From Thermoflexales bacterium (lineage in GTDB: Bacteria > Chloroflexota > Anaerolineae > B4-G1 > DUEL01), in the NCBI GenBank assembly GCA_037445395.1, contig JBBIKR010000027.1, forward strand, positions 1-38,076: a stretch of DNA of 38,076 nt, given 5' to 3'. Positions 26,164 through 33,026 of the stretch are shown here, one piece after another. Under the pieces are notes generated by a model. That model saw only the letters and a program-made list of their open reading frames with translations, did not search any database and had not been told where the DNA came from. The position numbers and the translations under genes were made by a program. Numbering within the stretch: the stretch's first letter is position 1; each line of letters opens with the position of its first letter.

Positions 26164-27276
26164 ATGTCCGAACGTCTCACCCGTTTCTTCGCCTCGCGCT
26201 GGGGCATCCTCCTGGCCGGGGCGGTCATCGGTCTCCTGGCCCCGCTCCTGCAGAAGGCCGGCAACCCCACCAACATGGGCATCTGCGTGGCCTGCTTTGA
26301 GCGGGACATCGCCGGAGCCCTGGGCCTCCATCGGGTCGCCACCGTCCAGTACATCCGGCCCGAGATCATCGCCTTCGTCCTGGGCTCCCTGATCGCCGCT
26401 CTCCTCTTCCGGGAGTTCAAGCCCCGCGCCGGTTCCGCCCCCATCGTCCGCTTCCTCCTGGGCATGTTCGCCATGATCGGCGCCCTGGTCTTCCTGGGGT
26501 GCCCCTGGCGGGCCCTCCTGCGGCTGGCGGGCGGAGACCTGAACGGCCTGGTGGGCACCGCCGGGCTGGTCGCCGGGATCGCCGTCGGCGTCTTCTTCCT
26601 GAAGCGGGGCTACTCCCTGGGCCGCAGCCGCCCGGCGCCGGCCGCCGTGGGCTGGATGATGCCCGCCATCATGCTGGGCCTCCTGCTCCTTCTCATCTTC
26701 CGCCCCCAGTTTACCAAAGACGGCCCCATCTTCTTCAGCGCCGAAGGGCCCGGCTCCAAACACGCCCCCATTCTCATCTCCCTGGCCGTGGGGCTGGTCA
26801 TCGGCTTCCTGGCCCAGCGCACCCGCTTCTGCACGATGGGCGCCTGGCGGGACGTCATCCTGATGGGGGATACCCACCTGATCACCGGGGTGGGCGCCCT
26901 CTTCGTGGTGGCGCTGATCACCAACCTGGCCCTGGGGCAGTTCAAACTGGGTTTCGCCGCCCAACCCGTGGCCCATTCCAGCCACCTCTGGAATTTCCTG
27001 GGGATGGCGCTGGCCGGGCTGGCCTTCCTCCTGGCTGGCGGCTGTCCGGGCCGTCAACTCTTCCTCTCCGGCGAGGGAGATGGCGATGCCGGTCTCTTCG
27101 TCCTGGGGATGATTTTCGGTGCGGGATTCGCCCACAACTGGGCCCTGGCCGGTGTCCCCGACAAACTGGCCGAGGGCGTGCTGACGGTGGGCGGGCCCGG
27201 CCCCTACGGACAGGCCGCCGTCATCATCGGGCTGGTCTTCTGCATCGTCCTGGGCTTCACGATGCGGGAAAAGTAA
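26164..27276 (+). CDS. yedE: YedE/FdhT-family putative selenium (sulfur) transporter
   Basis: ATG 26164 with GGAGG RBS. Polytopic protein with the family motif NMGICVACFERDIAG. Followed by a TusA-like gene and selD. Confidence 0.85.
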   Translation: MSERLTRFFASRWGILLAGAVIGLLAPLLQKAGNPTNMGICVACFERDIAGALGLHRVATVQYIRPEIIAFVLGSLIAALLFREFKPRAGSAPIVRFLLGMFAMIGALVFLGCPWRALLRLAGGDLNGLVGTAGLVAGIAVGVFFLKRGYSLGRSRPAPAAVGWMMPAIMLGLLLLLIFRPQFTKDGPIFFSAEGPGSKHAPILISLAVGLVIGFLAQRTRFCTMGAWRDVILMGDTHLITGVGALFVVALITNLALGQFKLGFAAQPVAHSSHLWNFLGMALAGLAFLLAGGCPGRQLFLSGEGDGDAGLFVLGMIFGAGFAHNWALAGVPDKLAEGVLTVGGPGPYGQAAVIIGLVFCIVLGFTMREK

Positions 27277-27311
27277 GACAACTGCTCGCAGTTGTCACAG
27301 GAGGTGGAATC

Positions 27312-27521
27312 ATGGCGAAGGTCGTAGACGCACGGGGCCTCTCCTGCCCCCAGCCGGTCATCCTGGCCCGGCAGGCCATAGAGGAGGGGGAGTTCCCCAT
27401 TGAAGTTTGGGTGGATACCGTCACCTCCCGCGAAAATGTGCGCCGGGCTGCCCAGCGGGCCGGCCTCCAGGTGCAGGTGGAAGCGGTGGGGGACGAGTTT
27501 AAACTGACGTTGACGCGGTAA
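27312..27521 (+). CDS. TusA-family sulfur/selenium carrier protein (69 aa)
   Basis: MAKVVDARGLSCPQPVILARQAI... contains the CPxP active-site motif. GGAGGTG RBS. It is hidden in the ORF track inside the out-of-context ORF 26499-27521. Confidence 0.85.
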   Translation: MAKVVDARGLSCPQPVILARQAIEEGEFPIEVWVDTVTSRENVRRAAQRAGLQVQVEAVGDEFKLTLTR

Positions 27522-27530
27522 ACAGCACAC

Positions 27531-27575
27531 ACGGAATACGCGATACGGGACACGTGTCCGTATTGCGTATTCCGT
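27531..27575 (+). terminator. ACGGAATACG-type palindrome 10 nt after the tusA-like stop
   Basis: acggaatacgcgatacgggacac/gtgtccgtattgcgtattccgt has arms of about 22 nt with one bulge and one mismatch. Same family as 22503-22562. Confidence 0.6.
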
Positions 27576-27617
27576 CTTCTGCATCGTGTCAGCAGTTACG
27601 CGGTTGCGCATCGGCGA

Positions 27618-27707
27618 GGAGATTGCTTCGCGGCTTCGCCGCTCGCAATGACCCTTCCGAGCCCAGTGAGATGTCATTGCGAGGCACGAAGTGCCGAAGC
27701 AATCTCC
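27618..27707. repeat. Inverted pair of GGAGATTGCTTCG...CTCGCAATGAC units (LLRFARND-type repeat)
   Basis: 27618-27652 and 27673-27707 are reverse complements at their flanks, and each carries its own small internal hairpin. The same units occur at 31232-31268 and 31281-31317. Confidence 0.8.
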
Positions 27708-27748
27708 AGGTGCGTAAGTCCTTTGTGTGTCTTGTTTCGGGAGGAAAG

Positions 27749-28801
27749 ATGACCCGGCGGGATTTCACCCGGCTGACCCAGATTGCCTCCTGCGCGGGTT
27801 GAGCGGGGAAACTGGCCCCCGGGGCCCTGGCGCAGGTCCTGCGCCCCCTGCTGGATTCGCTGGAGGAAAGCGAGCGCGTCATCGTGGGGCTCGGCTCGCC
27901 CGACGATGCCGTCGTCTACCGGATGGAGAACGGCACCCTGCTGGTCGCCACGGCGGACTTCTTTGCGCCGGTGGTGGATGACGCCTACACCTACGGCGCC
28001 ATCGCCGCCGCCAACTCCATCAGCGACGTCTACGCCATGGGCGGGACGCCCTTCTTGGCCCTCAACCTGGCCGCCATCCCGTCCGACATGCCGCCGGAGA
28101 TTGCGGCGGAGATTTTCCGGGGCGGGATGGAGAAGGCGCGGGAGGCGGGCGTGGTCGTCGCCGGCGGGCACACGATGGACGATAAGGAGCCCAAGTACGG
28201 CATGGCCGTCATCGGGACGGTGGCCCCGGATCGGTTGTTGCTCAAGGGCGGCGCGCGGCCTGGGGAGCGCCTGGTGCTGACCAAACCCCTGGGCTCCGGC
28301 GTCATCAGCACGGCCTATAAGTCCGGACAGGCATCGCCGGAGGCGCTGGCGGAGGCTGTCCCCTGGATGCTCCGGCTGAACCGGGACGCGGTCCGGGCCG
28401 TCCACGCCACCTCTGCCCGCGGTGCCACCGACATCACGGGCTTCGGCCTCCTGGGCCACGCCACCGAGATGGCCCTGGCCGCGGGAGTCCGCTTCCGCAT
28501 TCGGGCCGACCGGGTCCCCATCCTGGAGGCCGCCCGCCCTCTGGCCGACCTCTGGCTCTTCCCTGGCGGGACGGCGGCCAACGAGATGCACTTCGGCCAG
28601 TGGGTGACCTTTGACCCCTCCATCCCGGAGGAAATCCAGATGCTCCTCTACGACGCGCAGACCAACGGTGGCATTCTGGCGGCCATCCCCGCCGCAGAGA
28701 TGGCGCGCTTCACCGAAGCGTGCCGGGCGCTGGACCAGCCTTTCTGGGAGATCGGGGAAGTCCTGGAGGGAGAGCCGGGGATAGAGGTGGAATCCTCCTG
28801 A
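27749..28801 (+). CDS. selD: Selenide, water dikinase (selenophosphate synthetase) SelD, with selenocysteine read from in-frame TGA 27800-27802
   Basis: ATG 27749 with GGAGGAAAG RBS. MTRRDFTRLTQIASCAG-U-AGKLAPGAL aligns by eye with E. coli SelD ...RLTQYSHGAG-C17-GCK20ISPKVL. Downstream motifs are DDAVVY, TADFFAPVVDD and AGGHT. The ORF-track pieces 27554-27802 and 27884-28801 share one frame. Confidence 0.88.
27800..27802 (+). other. UGA selenocysteine codon in selD
   Basis: In frame with both flanking ORF pieces and positioned at the catalytic Cys/Sec residue of SelD. Confidence 0.85.
27821..27849 (+). promoter_or_regulatory. Candidate bacterial SECIS stem-loop
   Basis: Lower stem 27821-24/27846-49, internal loop CCCU, upper stem 27829-34/27840-45, apical loop GGUCC (27835-39). 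The core GCGCA-GGUCC-UGCGC resembles E. coli fdhF UGCA-GGUC-UGCA. Confidence 0.6.
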
Positions 28802-28849
28802 GGTGTCAGGCATTCCGGAGGGCCTGGCCCGTTCCCCATCGGAGGTGGG

Positions 28850-30001
28850 ATGATCTACCTGGACAACGCGGCCACGTCCTGGCCCAAGCCGCCGCAGGTC
28901 CTGGCGGCGATGGCCCGTTTTCTGACCGAAGTGGGCGCCAATCCGGGCCGCTCCGGGCACCGGCTTTCCGTGGAGGCCGGGCGCATCGTCTACGCGGCGC
29001 GGGAGGCGGTGGCCGAACTCTTCCACGCCCCTGACCCGCTGCGGGTGGTCTTCGGAATGAATGCCACGGAGGGGCTCAATCTGGCCCTGCGGGGCCTCCT
29101 GCGCCCCGGCGACCACGTGGTCACCTCCAGCATGGAGCACAACTCGGTGATGCGGCCGCTGCGGGCCCTGGAGCGGGAGGGGGTCTCGGTGACCGTCGTC
29201 CCCTGCTCCCCGGAGGGCTTTCTGGACCCGCGCGCAGTCCTGGAAGCCCTCCGGCCCGAAACCCGCCTGGTCGTCCTCAACCATGCCTCCAACGTGACCG
29301 GGACTCTGCTGCCGGTGGCGGAGGTGGGCCGGGCCTTGCAACGGATGGGCGGCCCGCTGTTGCTGGTGGACGCGGCGCAGAGCGGAGGCGCCGTCCCCAT
29401 AGACATGCAGGCCGACGGCATTGACCTGCTGGCCTTCACCGGGCATAAGTCCCTCTACGGCCCGATGGGCACTGGCGGCCTCATCATCGGCGAGCGGGTC
29501 CCGCTGGAGGAGTTCCGCCCCCTCCTCCGGGGCGGGACGGGGAGCCGGTCGGAGTGGGAGGAGCAACCGGACTTCCTGCCGGATATGTGCGAGAGCGGCA
29601 CCCCCAACGGGGTGGGGCTGGCGGGGCTGGAGGCCGGGGTCCGCTGGGTGCTGGAGCAGGGCGTGGAGGCCATCCGCGCCCACGAGGTGGAACTCTCTCA
29701 GCACCTCTCCGATGGCCTGCGGGAAATCCCCGGCGTGACCGTCTATGGGCCGGACGACGCGCATCTCCGGACGGCGGTGGTCTCCTTCAACATTGCCGGG
29801 ATGGAGCTGTCGGAGGTGGGGATGCGGCTGGACGAGGAGTTCGGCATTATGTGCCGGGTGGGACTGCACTGTGCGCCGGCGGCCCACCGCACCATCGGAA
29901 CCTTCCCCGTCGGGACGGTCCGCTTCGCTCTGGGGGCCTTCAACACCCGGGAGGAGGTGGACGCCGCGCTGCGGGCCGTGGCGCGGCTGGCCCGGGAGTG
30001 A
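28850..30001 (+). CDS. Class-V aminotransferase-fold cysteine desulfurase / selenocysteine lyase-like enzyme
   Basis: 383 aa with MIYLDNAATSWPKP, the PLP-lysine motif FTGHKSLYGPMG and the active-site region RVGLHCAPAAH. GGAGGTG RBS. Confidence 0.85.
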   Translation: MIYLDNAATSWPKPPQVLAAMARFLTEVGANPGRSGHRLSVEAGRIVYAAREAVAELFHAPDPLRVVFGMNATEGLNLALRGLLRPGDHVVTSSMEHNSVMRPLRALEREGVSVTVVPCSPEGFLDPRAVLEALRPETRLVVLNHASNVTGTLLPVAEVGRALQRMGGPLLLVDAAQSGGAVPIDMQADGIDLLAFTGHKSLYGPMGTGGLIIGERVPLEEFRPLLRGGTGSRSEWEEQPDFLPDMCESGTPNGVGLAGLEAGVRWVLEQGVEAIRAHEVELSQHLSDGLREIPGVTVYGPDDAHLRTAVVSFNIAGMELSEVGMRLDEEFGIMCRVGLHCAPAAHRTIGTFPVGTVRFALGAFNTREEVDAALRAVARLARE

Positions 30002-30121
30002 GAGCGTCTCTAAAAATTGCTCGTAGTGAACCACGAAGCGCAGCGGAGTGGCGTCTGGGACCGAAAACGGCACTCCGCTGCGCTCCGTGCCGGACTACGA
30101 ACGAATTTTCAGACACGCTCT
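30001..30121. repeat. 121-bp long imperfect palindrome (arms about 54 nt) directly after the desulfurase stop
   Basis: gagcgtctctaaaaattgctcgtagtgaaccacgaagcgcagcggagtggcgt pairs with acggcactccgctgcgctccgtgccggactacgaacgaattttcagacacgctc. Confidence 0.8.
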
Positions 30122-30156
30122 GAGGGGGCTTTGGCGGCGGCCACGGGCCAGCCACG

Positions 30157-30279
30157 GCGCCGATTGGAAATCGGCCTGGGTGGGTGCTTTCGCGCCGGGC
30201 GCCAACCTGCGTTGATGCTTCCGGTCAGCGCAGGCCGACCGGAGGCCGAAGGCCCAGGGAGGCGACTTCAGTCGCCGCC
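30157..30279 (+). repeat. GCGCCGATTGGAAATCGGCC-type multi-hairpin repeat, copy A (short form)
   Basis: Shares gcgccgattggaaatcggcct...caacctgcgttgatgcttccggtcagcgcaggccgaccgg...cttcagtcgccgc with copies B and C. Confidence 0.8.
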
Positions 30280-30284
30280 TTTTT

Positions 30285-30522
30285 GCGCCGATGGGAAATC
30301 GGCCTCAGGGGGCGCTTTTGCGCCAGACGTCAACCTGCGTTGATGCTTCCGGTCAGCGCAGGCCGACCGGGGGCTGGAAGCCCAGAGAGGACGACGCCTC
30401 GGGCGAAAGCCCCCTCGGGCCGAGAAGCCCCCTCGGCCTGAGGCCTCGGGGCCGAAGGATCGGGGCCGAGGGCTCGGCAGCCTGTCCCGAGCGAAGCGAG
30501 GGATGGCCCTTCAGTCGGCGCT
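30285..30522 (+). repeat. Same repeat family, copy B (long form with an internal CCTCGGGC-type low-complexity tract)
   Basis: Near-identical to A over about 90 nt. The 3' end ggcccttcagtcggcgct matches copy C. Confidence 0.8.
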
Positions 30523-30542
30523 ACGGTATACAGGAGGAGATT

Positions 30543-31136
30543 ATGAAGAAAATCGTGGATGCCCGGGGGCTACCCTGCCCCCAGCCGGTTCTGCTCACCC
30601 GCAATGCCCTGCAGGAAAGCGACACGGTGACCACCATCGTGGATAGCGATACTGCCCGCCACAACGTGGCCCGGATGGCCGAGAAGGCCGGGTGCACCGT
30701 GCAGGCCGAAGAGCGGGAAGACGGGGTGTACCTGCACATCCGCCGGGGCGAGGCGATGCCGGGGGCGGCTCCGGCCCCTCAGCCGCAACCGGCCGGCGGG
30801 CCGCTGGTCCTGGTCATCCCGTCGGAATTCATGGGCCGCGGCGAGCATGAAGAATTGGGGCAGATTCTGATGCGCGGTTTCCTGCACACCCTGAACGAGG
30901 TCAGCCCCCTGCCCGACGTCATCATCTTCTTCAACAGCGGGGTCAAACTGGTGGTGGAGGGGTCGCCCGTGCTGGAGGACCTGCGTACACTGGCGGATCA
31001 GGGGGTGCAGATTCTGGCCTGTGGCACCTGTCTGGGGTACTACGGCCTGAAGGAGAACGTCGCTATCGGCGAGGTGTCCAACATGTACACCATCGCCGAG
31101 ACGCTGTTGCAGGCGGGGAAAGTCGTTTCACTGTAG
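30543..31136 (+). CDS. yedF: YedF: selenium metabolism protein with an N-terminal TusA-like domain and a C-terminal DsrE-like domain
   Basis: MKKIVDARGLPCPQPVLL (CPxP) plus a C-terminal ...IIFFNSGVKL...ILACGTCLGYYGL... AGGAGGAG RBS. The ORF-track N-terminal extension from 30291 runs through repeats and I reject it. Confidence 0.85.
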   Translation: MKKIVDARGLPCPQPVLLTRNALQESDTVTTIVDSDTARHNVARMAEKAGCTVQAEEREDGVYLHIRRGEAMPGAAPAPQPQPAGGPLVLVIPSEFMGRGEHEELGQILMRGFLHTLNEVSPLPDVIIFFNSGVKLVVEGSPVLEDLRTLADQGVQILACGTCLGYYGLKENVAIGEVSNMYTIAETLLQAGKVVSL

Positions 31137-31400
31137 CACAGGATTTATCCCAATGCCACTAACATTTGGACGTGGGGCGGGCTTTTGAGCCTGCCGGCAG
31201 CCCGGAGAGGCGATCACGCAAAACTCACTCTGTCATTGCGAGCCGCCAAAGGCGGCGAAGCAATCTCCACAAGCCATTCAGGAGATTGCTTCGGGCGCTC
31301 TGCGCCCTCGCAATGACACGGAACAGGGCCATATCGCACTGCCCATAAAGTGAGTCTTGCGGAACCGCGAAAAGTTAGTGCCATTGGGATTTATCCTGTG
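31137..31400. repeat. 264-bp nested palindromic (MITE-like) element filling the convergent yedF/parB gap
   Basis: 27-bp terminal inverted repeats cacaggatttatcccaatgccactaac / gttagtgccattgggatttatcctgtg (3 mismatches). Inner inverted pairs are cgcaaaactcact/agtgagtcttgcg and the LLRFARND-type units 31232-31268/31281-31317. The right end overlaps the last 3 sense codons plus the stop codon of parB. Confidence 0.8.
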
Positions 31401-32239
31401 CGGTAATCCTGCACGAACCGCTGGTACAGTCCCTCCAGTTCCTCTTCTGAGTAGTAGTAGATGATAATCCGTCCCCCCTTCTTCCCCGGGCGGACCTGGA
31501 CGCGCGTCCCCAGCGCCTGCCGGAAACGGTCCTCCAGGGCCTGGATTTCGGGGGCGGCGGACCGGGCGGTCGGGCGCCGGGGCCGGGTCTGCAGAATCCG
31601 CCCCACCAGTTCCTCCGTCTGGCGGACGGTCAGGCCCTGGCGCAGCACCATGCGCAGCGCCGCGACCTGGGCCTCAGGGTCCTCCAGGGCCAGGAGCGCC
31701 CGGGCATGCCCCTCCCCGATGCGGCCGTTGAGGAGCGCTTCCTTGACCGCGTCGGTGGCTTTCAGCAGGCGCAGGGTGTTGGTGACGGCGACCCGGCTCT
31801 TGCCCACCCGCCGGGCCACCTCCTCGTGAGTCAGCCCGAATTCCTCAATCAGTTGCCGGTAGGCCCCCGCCTCCTCCAGCGGGTTCAGGTCCTTCCGCTG
31901 CAGGTTCTCTACCAGCGCCAGTTCCAGCGTCTGCTGGGGGGCCAGGTCCTTGACGATGACGGGCACCGTCGTCAGGCCGGCCAGTTTCGCCGCCCGCCAG
32001 CGCCGCTCCCCCGCCACCAACTGGTAACCGTCCCCATCCCGGACGACGATGAGCGGCTGGAGAACGCCGTGCGTCTGAATGGAAAGGGCCAGTTCCACCA
32101 GTTCGTCGTCCCGGATGAGCATACGGGGCTGATGGGGATTGGGGCGGATGTCCTCCACCGGCACCTCCAGGATGCCGGTCGCTTCCTCGCCGACGGGGAT
32201 CAGCGCTTCCAGCCCCTTGCCCAGGCCGAATTTACCCAT
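31391..32239 (-). CDS. parB: Chromosome partitioning protein ParB (Spo0J)
   Basis: MGKFGLGKGLEALIP N-terminus, ParB box ALVENLQRKDLNPLEEA, and an HTH. ATG 32239 with GGAGGTG RBS overlaps the parA stop by 8 nt. Confidence 0.93.
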   Translation of the reverse strand: MGKFGLGKGLEALIPVGEEATGILEVPVEDIRPNPHQPRMLIRDDELVELALSIQTHGVLQPLIVVRDGDGYQLVAGERRWRAAKLAGLTTVPVIVKDLAPQQTLELALVENLQRKDLNPLEEAGAYRQLIEEFGLTHEEVARRVGKSRVAVTNTLRLLKATDAVKEALLNGRIGEGHARALLALEDPEAQVAALRMVLRQGLTVRQTEELVGRILQTRPRRPTARSAAPEIQALEDRFRQALGTRVQVRPGKKGGRIIIYYYSEEELEGLYQRFVQDYRTG

Positions 32240-33026
32240 GTTCCACCTCCGCCGACGGCGCCCGTCCGTCACCGCTGAGCAGTTCCCAGGCCAGGGCCCG
32301 GTAGGCCAGGTCGCCTGGGGAACGGGGGGCGTAAGCCAGGATGGGGAGCCCGTGGCTGGGGGCCTCGCTCAGCCGGACGTTGCGCGGGATGACCGTCCGG
32401 AAGACCCGGTCTCCGAAATACCGCTGCACTTCCACCACCACCTGCTGGGAGAGATGGGTGCGGGAGTCAAACATCGTCATCACCAGGCCCCGCAGGCGCA
32501 GGTGAGGGTTCAGGGAACGGCGCACCAGGTCCAGCGTGCGCATCAGTTGAGTGAGTCCTTCCAGGGCCAGGTACTCGCACTGGATGGGGACGATGACGCC
32601 GCTTCTGGCGGCGACCAGCGCGTTGACGGTGAGGATGCCCAAACTGGGGGGGCAATCTATCAGGACGTAGTCGTAGCGGTCATCCAGGCCGGAGAGGGCC
32701 ATTTCCAGCCGCCGCTCCCGGGCCAGCATGGGGATCAGTTCCACCGTCGCGCCGGCCAGTTGGGCCGAACTGGGCACCAGGTCCAGCCGCACCCAGCGGG
32801 TCAGGGTGATGATCCCGTCCAGCGGCGCCTCGCGCACCAGGGCATCGTAGACCGTCGCCGGAAGCGCGGCGCGGTCCACCCCCAGGCTGACCGTCGCGTT
32901 GGCCTGGGGGTCCATATCCACCAGCAGGACCCGCTGGCCCCAGTGGGCCAGATAAGCCGCCAGATTGACGGCGGTCGTGGTCTTGCCCACGCCGCCCTTC
33001 TGGTTGGCGAAGGCGTAGATGATCAT
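32232..33026 (-). CDS. parA: ParA/Soj partition ATPase
   Basis: Deviant Walker A FANQKGGVGKTT and DCPPSLG. The ATG overlaps the PfkB stop (ATGA). Confidence 0.95.
   Translation of the reverse strand: MIIYAFANQKGGVGKTTTAVNLAAYLAHWGQRVLLVDMDPQANATVSLGVDRAALPATVYDALVREAPLDGIITLTRWVRLDLVPSSAQLAGATVELIPMLARERRLEMALSGLDDRYDYVLIDCPPSLGILTVNALVAARSGVIVPIQCEYLALEGLTQLMRTLDLVRRSLNPHLRLRGLVMTMFDSRTHLSQQVVVEVQRYFGDRVFRTVIPRNVRLSEAPSHGLPILAYAPRSPGDLAYRALAWELLSGDGRAPSAEVEHG

Noticed and set aside
25848-26300. 150-aa plus-strand ORF covering the yedE promoter and leader, and the 87-aa minus-strand ORF 25550-25813 over the repeat block.
   Set aside because: Both are Arg/Gly/Pro-rich translations of repeat or structured leader DNA without an RBS. 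The first runs out of frame into yedE.
27674-30073. 799-aa minus-strand ORF spanning selD and the cysteine desulfurase, and the 407-aa ORF 25912-27135 antisense to yedE.
   Set aside because: Same reasoning. The plus-strand genes carry clear SelD, class-V aminotransferase and YedE motifs with good RBSs, and the antisense products are featureless.
30157-30522. Two adjacent similar repeats could suggest a CRISPR array.
   Set aside because: There are only two tandem copies. The units are 120-240 bp long, internally structured and unequal in length. There are no short regular spacers or cas genes, and a third dispersed copy lies at 35124.
30291-30542. N-terminal extension of yedF (ORF-track start 30291).
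   Set aside because: The extension is a translation of repeat copy B (low-complexity Arg/Gly/Pro). ATG 30543 has an AGGAGGAG RBS and gives the canonical MKKIVDARGLPCPQP TusA-type N-terminus.
31137-31400. Possible oriC or DnaA boxes near the yidC-jag-parAB cluster (TTATCCCAA, TTATCCTGT in the element termini; also TTATCCTGC at 13161).
   Set aside because: There are only isolated partial matches to TTATCCACA. They are explained by the terminal inverted repeats of the palindromic element. There is no box cluster, no AT-rich unwinding region and no dnaA/dnaN in the window.
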